From Leucoraja ocellata (Eukaryota), in NCBI GenBank assembly GCA_036785375.1, contig JAWMAR010000148.1, forward strand, positions 62,001-126,000: a DNA stretch of 64,000 bases. Direction: 5' to 3'. The notes below the pieces were generated by a model, which saw only the letters and a list, made by a program, of their open reading frames with translations, was not told the DNA's origin and made no database searches. Position numbers and translations under genes: made by a program. Of this stretch, positions 1 through 12,730 are shown piece after piece (position 1 is the stretch's first letter; each line of letters starts with the position of its first letter).

Positions 1-205
1 TGCCAATATCAACAATTGTTATAGATAAGAAATATATAGCAAAATTCTCATCTAAAATAATGATGATATTAGTATGTGACTAAAGTAGGCACGTTTGCAT
101 GTTTACCATTTGTTAAGTGAACAGTATTGTTGCCTGTTAAATGTTGCACGGTATAATTGTACATTTGTTCTATTTTGGAACTTGATTATGTTTTTTGTTA
201 ATGGA

Positions 206-397
206 GACATAAGAGACTGGAGATGTTAAACATGAGCAGTCAACCAACCACTGGAGAAACTCAGCGGGTCAGGCATCTCTGGGAGCAAAGGGATAATTGA
301 CATTTTGGGTTGAAAGTCTATGTCAAGACTTTTTCTGATGTTGCTTGACCTGCTGAGTTCTGATGTTGTTTGACCAGATTAGTTTTATGTTGCTCCA
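206..397. mobile_element. Degenerate fold-back Penelope-like terminal-repeat element
   Basis: ctggagaaactcagcgggtcaggcatct... followed by its approximate reverse complement gatgttgcttgacctgctgagttc; same motif family as 30682-31565. Confidence 0.5.
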
Positions 398-1599
398 TAT
401 TTTTTATAAAGGAATGAAAACTATTATTGATGCTTTTGTCAGAATGTACCCTGAGCAATATCGGTGCGTAGATTGCTATTGGGGCTGAGTTTAACATTGA
501 ATTAGATTTTTAGATGGAATATCTTCTACTATCTTTCACAATGTATAGAAGTGTTTATTATGAAATTTACTTGAACTAAATAGGCAAAGATATATTTTGA
601 CAAATGTTTAATGATGCTTTAAAAAATACTACTAAAACTGGATTAATTTTCAATCCCTTTACTGTTTTTGTGGGGTTGTGCTATGTGCAAAATCTTTCTT
701 CCCACCAAGTGGTTGTTGCTTTGCATTTGTTCAAGTGAAATTGTTTGAGAAATGTTGTGATATTATATGGTGGTCTTATGTTTACTCCTATTAGTTTCAA
801 TCCCTGCCAAAAAATAGATTTTTAATAGTCTCTATTTGTTTTAATTTTTAAAATTGTAATTATGTACTAAAAATAGATTTAATAAATGCTCAAAAATATG
901 CGGCCGAATGGATTCAAAATATATCTGTTGAATTAGCCTATATAGTCAACAACAAATTTCACAGTCCAGTGCACTAATGTTAGTTTTGAAAGCAGTCTTG
1001 TTATATGTAAATTAATAATATGGGATTAACATCAACACATGCATGTAACAAAATAGTATTAGAATGTATCTTGGAGGAAGACAAATAAAATGTAAACATT
1101 CAGTCCAGAATGTATGTCAAATTTAGTTATTAAAATAAAAAAATAAATAGAAAAGTGTGTAGTGCAAGAGGAGAGTATATTTGTCAATATATTTGTAAAA
1201 TTGATGTATGTTATGCAAAATTATGAAAATCAATAATTATTTGCTTTTTTAAATTATGTTGTTTACATGCTTCATTTATATAGGGAATTAGGCATTATGA
1301 AGTAAGTACAATATGAATAAGAAATACAGCAATGTTATTTTAGAATGCATTAATAATTTGAAATTTAGTTACACAATTTTATGAAGTATTTTTCATGTTG
1401 GAGCAAAACAAATTAATGACCTGTCACAAATTTCAGAGCTATCATAGATGTTCTCACAGGTTCATTGCACTTTACTTTTGTTGTTGTGGGTAGGCCTTGC
1501 ACCATTTATATTCTGCAGTTAACTTGTACGACTATAAGTATAATGTCGGATAAAACAGGGAGCTGGACCGAGGGCTCAGAATCTACTGAGCCTGCTCAG

Positions 1600-2410
1600 A
1601 GTCTGCTGCCTGGAATCATAGCAAACATGAATCTTCCTGCATTATATTTACCTGATCCGGTTCTGGTGGATTTACCTTGCTGGTTCAAAGTATTCTGAAC
1701 TCCACTAGCATGGCGTGGAATCAATGGTATCTTTATCCTGCACCAAGTTTAAATTGGCAAGGGATCCCGGAAACCATTTCAGAGCATACACCAAGCATCC
1801 AACCTGAACAGCATTTACAACAATTTTGTTTCTTTCATCTCTCAGTGGGTGAAATTAATGAAGCTTTAGGTATAGCGGATGATAAATTAAGAAACTGGTT
1901 TATTCTGCAGGATTTAGTCTGACTGAACAAAACTAGCAATTTAAGATCCTTTTATGAAACAACTGAAACCCTTCCTGCAATAGACCAAAATAAAGAAAAT
2001 GATTGAGATATCCCAAAGAGCAAAGGGAATCTTTATTTTATGTCTATGCATCAAATTCCAAATTGGAAAACTCTCTGACTGAAATTCCATTGGCAGACCA
2101 AGATCTGCTTTCTTTCACTAAGTATAAAGCCTGCCCTACAGTGTGTTTCTAGTTAATTTCTGATCCAAGGGAGCAAATTTTCACCATGTCACCCCATCAA
2201 CAATCTGTTGAACTCCAGTGAATTGAGATGTCTCAACTCGGATTGGAATGAATAATGACTGAAATGTCAGACAAATTGGCTGAAACAAACTGTTAGAGAC
2301 ATCTTGTCTGAATTCTAATCGATATTTTGAAGACTTGATGTCCTCTTCATTTAACTTTTTGCAACTCTTAATCGTTAGCATTTTTAACTTTACACACAAC
2401 CTTCCCACTG
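1600..2410 (-). mobile_element. Possible highly decayed Gypsy-like gag/protease relic
   Basis: Minus-strand frames give GIPCQFKLGAG (cf. aspartic protease FKLDTG) and weak gag-like stretches; many stops. Weak motif recognition only. Confidence 0.25.
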
Positions 2411-2550
2411 GTGTGGTAGGAAATCTTAAACTATGTTTGGCTTACAGAGATTAATTTAAAGGCAATTGTAACTGAATTGTTTTATTTTTTCATTTTCTTT
2501 TATTTTCTTTTATAATTTATCAATACTATTAATATTGTTCAAATCCACAG

Positions 2551-2764
2551 AGAGAATCACAGTGAAATTGAAAGAAGACGTCGAAACAAGATGACTGCTT
2601 ATATCACAGAGTTGTCTGACATGGTACCAACATGTAGTGCTTTAGCACGCAAACCTGATAAACTGACGATCCTTCGCATGGCTGTCTCTCATATGAAGTC
2701 TTTAAGGGGAACAGGAAATACTTCGACTGACGGTGCCTATAAGCCTTCGTTCCTAACAGAGAAG
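2551..2764 (+). CDS. ARNT2: ARNT2 internal coding exon (bHLH domain), 214 nt
   Basis: Acceptor ccacag|A, donor AAG|gttggt; translates [71 protein letters not shown], the ARNT-family bHLH. Paralog call rests on downstream exons. Confidence 0.95.
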
Positions 2765-3009
2765 GTTGGTTAGGATTGGGATTGTTATTAAATGTTAAGC
2801 AGTGACTCTTGAAGGAAGTTACTTTTTTTTAACGCATATTTGATTCTAATCATCTGCATCTGCCAAGTTAATATATTTTCCAGCTTGCATAACCGTCTTG
2901 TATAATTCATAAGTTGCAGCCAAAAATGTTTACTTTCTATTTCTGATTTGTGATGAATTGATAATATGATTCAGGACCTTGAAGTATGAAGAAACCAATG
3001 TGATCAGTG

Positions 3010-3550
3010 TTTCAGAAAGATTAAGATGGGTTAACCTACAGTTCTGGTCATCACCAATTGTTCCTCAAACCAAAATCTCCACTAAACCAGTGCAAGATGT
3101 ATTGAACTGGAGAGGATGTAATAAGATTCATGAGGATGTTGCCAAGAATGGGGAGTTTTGGCTTTGAGAAATAATTGGATAAGCTGGGGTTGTTTTCTTT
3201 TGAAAAGAAAAGGTCAGGTTGAGACTTGTTGGAGATGTGTAAAATTATGAAGGATCCCAAGAGAAGAAATTAAAAAAGAGTAACTAGCAGAGGCGTGAAA
3301 AACCAGAATTTGTGGATTTAAAGTGATTAGTGGAAGGATTAAAGAAGAGATGAGACAACAAAATATCTGGAGAATGGTAGGGATCTGATCTCACTTCCTT
3401 AAAGGTGGTAGTGATTAAAGATTTTGAAATTACTTGGATAAGTATTTGAAGAGCTGAGCTTCAAGGCAGATGGATTGGATTGAGAAGCTCTCTTTCAACC
3501 AACAGAGACACTTTGGGCCAATTGATTTCCTTTGATCTGAACTTTATATG
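3010..3550 (+). mobile_element. Old CR1 LINE 3' fragment
   Basis: Decayed version of the CR1 ORF2 C-terminus/3' end seen intact at 3706-4188. Confidence 0.6.
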
Positions 3551-3705
3551 TGGCCATATAATTTCTGTTTCCACAATGAATGAACCAGTCACATCATATA
3601 TTTTCAGCATGATATTGGAAGAGTTGCTATGATACTATGGAAATAGCAGACATTGGGATGCAGGGTTTTCATCCTTCGAGAGGTTGTTGCAGAGCTGTAA
3701 GGACT

Positions 3706-4188
3706 GACTGATTCCTGGGATGTCAGGACTTTCATATGAAGAAAGACTGGATAGACTTGGCTTGTACTCGCTAGAATTTAGAAGATTGAGGGGGGATCTT
3801 ATAGAAAATTACAAAATTCTTAAGGGGTTGGACAGGCTAGATGCAGGAAGATTGTTCCCGATGTTGGGGAAGTCCAGAACAAGGGGTCGCAGTTTAAGGA
3901 TAAGGGGGAAATCTTTTAGGACCGAGATGAGAAAAACATTTTTCACACAGAGTGGTGAATCTCTGGAATTCTCTGCCACAGAAGGTAGTTGAGGCCAGTT
4001 CATTGGCTATATTTAAGAGGTAATTAGATGTGGCCCTTGTGGCTAAAGGGATCAGGGGGTACGGAGAGAAAGCAGGTACAGGATACTGAGTTGGATGATC
4101 AGCCATGATCATATTGAATGACGGTGCAGGCTCGAAGGGCCGAATGGCCTCCTCCTGCACCTATTTTCTATGTTTCTATGTTTCTATG
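3706..4188 (+). mobile_element. Young 5'-truncated CR1 LINE (ORF2 C-terminus and 3' UTR)
   Basis: MSGLSYEERLDRLGLYSLEFRRLRGDLIE.YKILKGLDRLDAGRLFP...RTRG.SLRI; 3' gaagggccgaatggcct motif and (tttctatg)n tail. Confidence 0.92.
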
Positions 4189-5940
4189 ACATGGTCAGAT
4201 TCTTCCCTGTACGCACTACTATGAACCATGGTCATAGTATTCCAGTAAAGTGTAGTAAAAAAATGTGTATAGAGCGATTAAATCAGAGTCTTGTAGTCGT
4301 CCTCAATACTGGGGGAAGCCAGCTGCAGGCTCGTGGAACTGACCTGAAAATAGCTTTTCCCTGTTGATAGCCATTTATATTCCATCTTGATTTTTGTGGT
4401 TTTCTGAAGTTCAAATGTTCTGTATTCTTATCATGAATGAGAACTACAGAATAAAAATGCTTTTCCTCCTGGAAGGTTATGCCCTTAACTGTTTTAGCGT
4501 GTGGGAAAGTTTGGAGAAAATAATTTCTGGGAGTGCCTAATAACAGATTTTTCTAATTAGTACTCTGATGCCTTACATCAGAATCCGACAAATCAAACTA
4601 GGGTGATTGATGTGACACTGTGCTCATTTACCTGCCTTTATAGTACCCCAGGGAACCCTAATATCAGGTTGATATCACCTTGATCATGATTTATGCAGCT
4701 ACCCAAACAGCAGGGCATTTGTTCTTTATGAAAATACTGAGAATTAAGCAATTACAGTATCTTGCATTTGTCTGTCCAGTTAAATAGGACCCTTCATGAG
4801 GGTGACCTTTGTTAATCATATCCCATAGTGAGATTTCATTTGTCGTACCTTTCTTAAATTGGATGATTATGAATTGTTTCTTGTGGAAATAAACACAAAT
4901 TCAAAGATGTTGTAAAATGTGTCATAGTTGTTGATTTTATGTTTTAATACAAAGGAAAGAGCAGTAAAATATTGGAGAAAGGTATTGATCAATATTAGTT
5001 ATAAGAAAAAAGCTGTGATCAAATTGAGGAGCCACTAGTAATGATCCTGGTATCCCAAAGGATGAATGCTGTGTTAAGAAACATCCATAGCCCGGCAACA
5101 GGCTAATGCTGAATAAAATTAACTTCCATTATGCTGTTATTAAATGCAGTAATTTATTTAATAGTGAAATCAATTTCTTTAATGCGATCACGAAGAGATA
5201 ACTTTGATGTGCTCTCGCAATCACATAGAAAATGTTGAACATGCCTAACAAGTCAGACAACATCTGTGACGAGAAGGAAAGTTAACACTGTTGTGAATGA
5301 AGTTGTGGTCTATTTGGAAACAACGATTTAAATGATTAAGGCCCTGCAGTTGAGAGTTTTACAACTTTAAAAAGGGCCACTAAGTCGGTAATTGCTGGAT
5401 TTGACCCATTAGCTTAATTGGGTTATGGTAAAATACTAATGTTGAGTGAAAAATGATACGGAAGGAATCCTCCGATTAGAGGGGCACTGGGACTTTTCGG
5501 AGTATTTCAACCATGAAAGTTGAGACCAATACCCATGGGGGAAGTTAATTGGTATTATTAGAAAGAAATATGCCTAATTGAGCAGGTGTTAGGTGATATT
5601 TAACAAAGGAAATATAAACACAATGCCCCCAGACATGATCAGGATTATAGTAGTAATTTGTAATAGGAATAGTCATGGCTCGTCTATTTGTGACTATTCT
5701 CGATTATCCAAGGGAACCTTTTATTGTTGGAATTTATCTCTCCACATCTTCGCTCATACTGAAGGGGGGTCTCGACCCAAAATGTCACCGAATCCTTTTG
5801 TAGTTTTGTAATCAAGAATAAGTTATTGGTAGTTCTCTGATGGGTCACCATAGAAATGCTGGAAATGTGATATCACCAATTATCGTGGAATATGTTATTT
5901 TGCCATCTTAATATTTATATTGCTTTCATTCTCTTTCAAG

Positions 5941-6154
5941 GAATTGAAACATCTTATTTTGGAGGCAGCCGATGGATTCCTTTTTGTAGCTGCATCTGAG
6001 ACCGGAAGAGTCATCTATGTATCGGACTCTGTTACACCCGTTTTAAACTATCCACAGGCTGAATGGTTTGGAAGCACTTTGTATGAACAAGTTCATCCAG
6101 ATGATATTGACAAGCTCAGGGAGCAATTGTCTACATCAGAAAGTTCAATGACTG
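5941..6154 (+). CDS. ARNT2: ARNT2 internal coding exon (PAS-A N-terminal part), 214 nt
   Basis: ctctttcaag|GAA...ACTG|gtaagc; [71 protein letters not shown]; GRVIY, LYEQ and SMTG are ARNT2-type. Confidence 0.96.
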
Positions 6155-6820
6155 GTAAGCAGTTTGTCTGGGTAAAATTTTTTTGATAATTAGTAAATAA
6201 CTATTAAAACATTCTTATGTCCCAGCAAGTATCAGTGTCAGCCTTCGTTCAGCCAAAAAAAATAGCTTAACAATATAGATAATGCTGGTATTTTGTTCCT
6301 GCTGTTGATTTGGCTTTCCAATCTAATTTAATAAATGTCCAAAACTAAGAATGACATTGTTTGCATTTTAATTATCCATCCCTTATTTCACATGGTCTTT
6401 CAGTAATGATTTTAATGACGAGGTTTTAAATGGTGGATCCTCTTGATAGGATTTGCAAAATGGACATCAACTTGTTAACATAAATATATTCTTCCTGGGT
6501 TTGATATGGCAAAATTGGAACAGCTACTGGCATATCCAACTTGCTGGTTTCCCCAACCCTGGTCATACGTACATGCCGTAAATAAGTCTAGTAATCGAAA
6601 ACGGGTGATTACTGTATTGAAATCCAGATGTCACATAGGCTTTTTAAGGCTGCAAATGTCCATTTGTAAGAGCGCCAGCAGATGGCGCCCTGCAATAACA
6701 GATGAGATTCTGGATTTTTTGTATTCATCACAAGCAAGGTCATTTATTTTCCCACAAAGATATTTTGCGTAAAATACGTTGCCATAGCAACATTGCCAGG
6801 CAAGACCTGTATAGCATATA

Positions 6821-7290
6821 GAGTAACTCAACAGGACAGGCAGCATCTCTGGTGAGAAGGAATGGGTGACGTTTCGAGTCGAGACCCTTCTTCAGACTGG
6901 TTAGGCATAAGGGAAACGAGAGATATAGTCAGTGATGTGGAGAGATAAAGAACAATGAATGAAAGATATGCAAAAAACTAACGATGATAAAGGAAACGGG
7001 TTGTAGGGTGAAAATGAGAAGCTAGTGCGACTTGGGTGTGGGAGGGATAGAGAGAGAGGGAATGCCGGGGCTACCTGAAGTGAGAGAAATCAATATTCAT
7101 ACCACTGGGCTGTAAGCTGCCCAAGCGAAATATGAGATGCTGTTCCTCCAATTTGCGTTTTGTGTCACTCTGACAATGGAAGAGACAGAGGTCAGAAAGG
7201 TCTGTGTAGGAATAGGTAGGAGAATAAAAGAGTCCAGCAACCTGGAGATCAGGTTGGTTCGGGTGAGCTGAGCGAAGGCGATCCGCGAAA
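6821..7290 (-). mobile_element. Penelope-like element 3' fragment: GIY-YIG C-terminus plus terminal repeat
   Basis: Minus ORF 7071-7397 ends DLSDLCLFHCQSDTKRKLEEQHLIFRLGSLQPSGMNIDFSHFR, matching the endonuclease at 30892-31240; followed by the hammerhead-like core and shared repeat. Confidence 0.85.
6868..6895 (-). ncRNA. Minimal hammerhead-ribozyme-like core in PLE repeat
   Basis: Minus strand CUGAAGA-A-GGGU-CUCG-ACUC-GAAA-C-GUC; core boxes and helix II present, helices I/III minimal. Confidence 0.6.
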
Positions 7291-8049
7291 CTACACTCGC
7301 ATAAATTGTTGTTGTTGTGCAGCAAGATTTGATGGAAAAATTGGCAAATAGGCCACAATATCAGTCTTAACAATTGGGAAATGGGTTTGCGAGACATTTT
7401 CTCATTAAAATGTGATGAGTTAATTGATGTACAGTTACTATAGTCAATACCTTAAAATTCTGTCATAGTGTAGGAATTAATATTTTTGCATATTAATGAG
7501 ATTCCTTTTTGTTTCTTGTTTTGTAATGCACTCTAATGTAGGAATCAATTTTCAAGCAAGATCATTTTTGTCTAGATCATTATTCTTTCATTGGTAAAAG
7601 TGAGCATTAAATTATGCGTAACAAATTGGACAGATGTGACTAATGCTTTGAAATTACACGAGAAATTGGTATTTGCATGATCTGAATGGCTTAATTTTTT
7701 TCAAACTTTATGTTTGCAAGAGGTTATATGCATACATTTTACTAAAGTAATTGTTTTGATGTGGTAGACTGACGTGAAAGATTTTTTGGCACATTTGCAC
7801 AGTTTGACCTTGATGCTTAGATTTGAACTGGGTGAGAGAAGGAGAGTCCTTTCATATCCTTAATCTCTTCGCTAGGATTGCTGTGCCCCATTTTCTCTTC
7901 TGAAAGAGCAAGTGGCTGAGTTTTTCTTGGTGATATCAGGCCAGTGAACTCGACAGTGGAGCTTAAACTGTGGGGCATTTCCTCGTTTGTTGACGAGCTG
8001 CAAGTTAACTTCCTCATGAATGGACATGAATTAATATGAATTGGCAACA

Positions 8050-8877
8050 ACACCTCCTCCTCTATGACAAACACATCAACGCTCTGTGTTTAGTCCCCTA
8101 TTCTATTCTCTATACTCATGAATGTATAGCCAGACACAACTCCAATGCCATCTTTAAATTCACTGATGTTACCACCATTGTTGGATAAATAATGGGTAAC
8201 GATGAGTCAAGAGTATATCAAGGATCCATGAGCCTGTCTTCATTGAAGGGATGGCAGTGGAGAGAGTTATCAGCTTCTCCGGGGCATGCATTCCACTGAA
8301 GATCTATCTTGGACCCGGCACCTTGATGCAATCACAAAGCACGCTCATCAAAACCTCTACTTCTTTAAAAGATTGAGGAGATTCTGATTGTCGCCAAATG
8401 CCCTATCTTCAGTTTACTGACTGGTTGCATCATGGTCTGGTTTGGTAATTCGACCGAAGGAGACTGCAGAAATTGCCCAATCTATCAAATTTATTCCCCT
8501 CTACTCCTTCGAAGAGACTCACAGAAGACTGCTCAGAAAGACAGCTAATATCATCAAAAGCCACACCACACTAGCTACGCTCTCATCTGACTGCTGGCAC
8601 GGAGGTACGGAGCGTGAGAACTGTGACGTCCAGGTTCAGAAACAACTTCTTCCCAGTAACCATCAGGTTCTTGAACTACAACCCTACCTCGGCAACAATT
8701 TATTATAAACTTTGGTTTGGTTGCACTACATACTCCGGTTTTACACTATTATGGTCAGGTTACCAAGTATTACTGCTAACTTATTGTATTATTGATGTGT
8801 TATTGTTTTAATGGGCCTGTAAAGCTGTAGTAGGAATTTAATTGTTCCACTGACAATTCCATCGGAGTTTTATCTTG
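8050..8877 (+). mobile_element. Decayed Rex1/Babar-like LINE (RT to 3' end), interrupted by a hAT element; tail resumes ~9736-9875
   Basis: Reads CVFSPLFYSLYTHECIARHNSNAIFKFTDVTTIVG (cf. FKFADDTT) and later SRFRNNFFPVTIRFLN. Confidence 0.7.
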
Positions 8878-8885
8878 CACTAAAT

Positions 8886-9727
8886 CAGGGGTCAGCAACC
8901 TACGGCACTCGGGCCGAATGCTGTCCGTAACCCAAAATGATCCAGCCCGCAGGCGTATTTTTTTTCCCGTATTTATCAGGCCCGCCAACTTCCTTCATCT
9001 CCGGTACCTCCTGGGCCCGAGGCCGCGGCGCCCATGCGCGGTGACGCAAGGAAGCCCGTGCTGGCGGCCGCAAGGGCGGAGAGGTGAGGTGCGGTGAGCA
9101 GCCGAGGAGCGCCAAGCTCTGGCTGTACCGCATCCTGCACAAAGCCACCAGCATGGCCGCACACATTCTGTGTCTGGGCTTCACTGTCAGGATCGGAGGT
9201 AGATGAAAAAGCTGGAGAAACTCAATGGGTGAGGCAGCATCTACGGAGTGAAGGAATGCGATGTTTTGGGTCGGGACCCTTCTTCAGAAGTGCTTTGAGA
9301 CCCGTCTGAAGAAGGGTTTCGACCCGAAAGGTCGCCTATTCCTTCGCTCCACAGATGCTGCCTCACCCGATGAGTTTATCCAGCTTTTTGTCTACCTTCG
9401 ATTTTTCCAGCATCTTCTGTTCTTTCTTAAACACACTGTTGGGATCGGGGTTGTCAATAGGTTGGGGACGAGTGAGTGTGAGTATTTGAGCCACCGCCTT
9501 TAGGACAGAGCCAAGGCAATGGTCCGTAGGTGCGCCATGTTCGTGACGCCCGTAACTAGGGGGCAGTGCTCCGGGTGGCATCCTCGAAGGGTCGGGGTCT
9601 ATGTGAAACACGATTTGATGCCTGCCAGGGTGGGGGTGGGATCCATGTGTACACGTAATAGATGTGGCCCGCCAACCGCTCACAGACGTGTCCCGGCCCC
9701 TATGCAGAACAAGGTTGCCGACCCCTG
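8886..9727. mobile_element. Non-autonomous hAT (Charlie-like) DNA transposon
   Basis: TIRs caggggtcagcaacct / aggttgccgacccctg (15/16); perfect 8-bp TSD cactaaat at 8878-8885 and 9728-9735; GC-rich interior. Confidence 0.9.
9197..9433. mobile_element. Miniature fold-back Penelope-like element nested in the hAT element
   Basis: Inverted arms about a short spacer, hammerhead-like core at 9306-9333 (+) with a decayed antisense copy, extra 3' tail on right arm, TSD cactgtcaggatcgg (9182-9196) / cactgttgggatcgg (9434-9448). Confidence 0.85.
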
Positions 9728-9904
9728 CACTAAATAATATACACTTTATCTGTACAATGTGGACAGTTTGATTGTAATCATTCATATATAGTCTTTTCAT
9801 TGACTGGATAGCAGGAAACAAAAAGGTTTTTCTCTGTACCTTGGTCCACGTAAAAGTAATAAACAAAACTAAACTAATTAAGCACTCTTGACTTTTAGTA
9901 TAGT

Positions 9905-10480
9905 GCATCCACCACCGATCCCAACAGTATGTTCCAGATTCCCACCACCCTCTGGGTGGAAAAAGTAAAATCTCAAATCTCTTAAACCTTTTACCTCTTA
10001 CAGAACCCTACAATATACACTATGTAATTTTGTATACCTCCAGCCGGTTCCTCCTCAGCTTCCTTCACCTCACGAAACAACAACGCTAGTCTATCGGCCT
10101 CTTCTCATAACTGAAAGGCTCTATCACTGAAAACATTCTGGTGAATCTCCTCTGCACGCATTCTTGTGCAATTACAACCTTCCTATCATGTGGCAATCAC
10201 AAATGCACACAGTACTTCACCTGTGATCTAATCAGTATTTTATAATTTTACTCCATGACCTATGTATTCTTGCTTTTATGTCCCAAGTAATGAAGTTGGT
10301 GAAAATGTATGCCATTTTCACAACCGTCTCTTCCTGTGCTGTTACCATCAGGGACGTTTGCACTTGTACATAAAGGTCCTGTTCCTCAATACTTCCGAAA
10401 GCCCTCCCATTCGTTGTATATGCTTGAATAAATGTAAGCCACAGTTTTGCATTTGATATCTTACTTTGCAAAGAATTGCA
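9905..10480 (-). mobile_element. Old CR1 LINE fragment
   Basis: Antisense CR1 3' motifs (ttccagattcccaccaccctctgggtg...); minus ORF has YTTNGRAFGSIEEQDL.VQV..SL. Confidence 0.65.
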
Positions 10481-11356
10481 GGGCATCTTTCTTCTGACAA
10501 GTAATATGATTTTAATGGCCTTTAAAAGTGGAAAAGTAAATAGCTTTCTCAGATTACTATATTTTATTTTGTTCATGACCAATGTATTTTCAAAAATATT
10601 CACTCTTTCAATTCAAATAATATATATCCTAAGATCTTTATCAGAATACTCTGTGTCTGCCAGAATTGTGTTCATTGCAGTTCAGGCCAAAGACTTCTCT
10701 ATATATGAATTATTTTACTTTACTTTGCACATTTTCTCTACCTCATCTGGTACTGCCAAAGTTGTGTTTCCCTTTGTCTGCTGAGAAGGCCGCTGGTTTA
10801 TTTTCAAGTTAATGCTTATTGATAACATCTATGATTTATGTTGCAACTTCAGGCGCTCTTTTATGGTCAACAAATTCAAGTGTTTTTTTAGCTGACGCGT
10901 AAATTCTTCCATCATAAATGATTCAACAAAGAAGAAGCTGTTTTGATATTGTGTTTCTGAACCATCAACCGCAGCTTCGAGACTTGAGCATTCAATCTGT
11001 ATGATTCTTTGGTATTGCGGAATGGGTTCATGCCCAAAGCAGTCTTGGGAGATCATGATTCCAGTTCTAGCAGTCTTGATGATATTTGTGAATGGGAAGA
11101 TTCGGCATTTGAATTGTTTATATGAATTGTTTCTCTGTGTATTGCTGCATGCTGTCTGATGGAGGGCGAAATCATTTTTGGAAGGACTTGTCGAGTCATA
11201 GAGACCTACAGTATGGAAACAAAAATGTGGGCAACAGTGAGGACATGAGCTATTGACAGATGGTGATGTTCACAGGGACCTTGAGTTTTCCTATTTATGA
11301 ATCACTGATAATTAATGTGCACGTTGAGTAACTAATTAGGAAGGCAAAGTGTATGT

Positions 11357-11473
11357 TTGAGAAATGTTTGCAGAACTGCTGGTAAATCGAAGGTAGACAC
11401 AAAATGCTGGAGTAACTCAGCGGGTGAGGCAGCATCAATGGAGAGAAGGAATTGGTGATGTTTTGGGTCGAGA
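11357..11473 (-). mobile_element. Penelope-like terminal-repeat fragment
   Basis: aaatcgaaggtagacacaaaatgctggagtaactcagcgggtgaggcagcatc...ttttgggtcgaga. Confidence 0.75.
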
Positions 11474-11479
11474 AAGAAG

Positions 11480-11825
11480 ATTTGAGTATGCGTGCAGAGA
11501 CACCTTGCACCAATTATTTAGAGCCCTGGTGAGATTGCATCTGAAATATTGGGTTTAAGTCTAGTCTCCCCACTCAATGAAGGATGTATCTGCGGTGGGA
11601 AGAAAGGTTCAACAGTTTGATTCTTGGCATAAGAGAGATTAAGCAACCTAGGCCTATACTCCTTTGTGTTTAGGAAAATAAGATGTCATTGTCGCATAGT
11701 CATATTGTAACATCTACAGGATAAGATAGACACAGGTTTGATGTTTTCCTTGCTAGGGTGTACAGCAACGGGGGCCTCTGTCTTCGAAAAAGGGTTAGAC
11801 ATTCAGTTGAAGGTGGTGAACACAG
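11480..11825 (+). mobile_element. Old CR1 LINE fragment
   Basis: tatttagagccctggtgagattgcatctgaaatatt (LY.ALVR.HLEY-like) and downstream CR1 motifs. Confidence 0.6.
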
Positions 11826-12644
11826 CTTGTCAGTGGCTCTCTGGTCTTAAAGAAATAATCTTCCTTTTGATTTCACATTAAGTTGTTGAAAAGTGAATTG
11901 AAAACAACTTCTTAGAACTCTCCAGTGGATCCTTGCAATGCTCCTGACTTGGCAGTAAAATATCACACAAGATTTGGTGCATGTTTTGACACTTGTTCTG
12001 TGTGCTTTCTGACCAATCTTCGTGCAAATGAAGGCCCTAATATTTGTGCAGAGTGACTTTAGTTTAGGTTGGCTACCAATCTTTATACGTGGCTTAAATT
12101 GTTGAAGTCGTCAAGTTACAAACAAATCTACAACTTAGAAAGTTCCTCAAAACTAAACGTGGGAGAAAAATATTGATGGTATGAGCAATATTTACCATTC
12201 AATGCCGAGAAAGAAATTGAGGTTCAGTATATTGACATGTGTCCTGGCATTATAGATTTGTTAGTGTGGTGCAGACATGGTAAACCTTCAGCTGTGCTGC
12301 CTTGTGGCCTTTAATTCAACGTTATGCGCATAAGGTGTTTCCAGGAGGTTCTGGAGTTCAGCATGCTTGAGTGGGTGGTGGAAGTATCTAGACGAGCAGT
12401 CGATTGCCAAGGTATAGAACTGCTGATGTATGGGATTAGTGTAGATGGGTTATTGACATGTTTCTATGCAGCATGACTCAGTGTTTGGCGAAGCAATGTC
12501 ATATACCGCAAGCTTCAGACTGCACTATTCCAGGAACTTTTCTAGTCAAGTTTTCAATCAGCTGCTCTATTGTATTTGTAAAAGTCTTATGTTAGAAATG
12601 ATGATAAGATTTGCTTAGATATGCAAGAAGGAACACTTTTTAAA

Positions 12645-12730
12645 ATCAATCGGTAGACACAAAATGCTGGAGTAACTCAGCGCAACAGGCAGCAGGAATG
12701 GTTGACATTTTTGCTTGAGACCCTTCTTTA
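12645..12730 (-). mobile_element. Penelope-like terminal-repeat fragment
   Basis: ggtagacacaaaatgctggagtaactcagcg...gagacccttct. Confidence 0.7.

Noticed and set aside
8886-9727. CpG island or internal promoter
   Set aside because: GC-rich stretch is bounded exactly by hAT TIRs and TSD.
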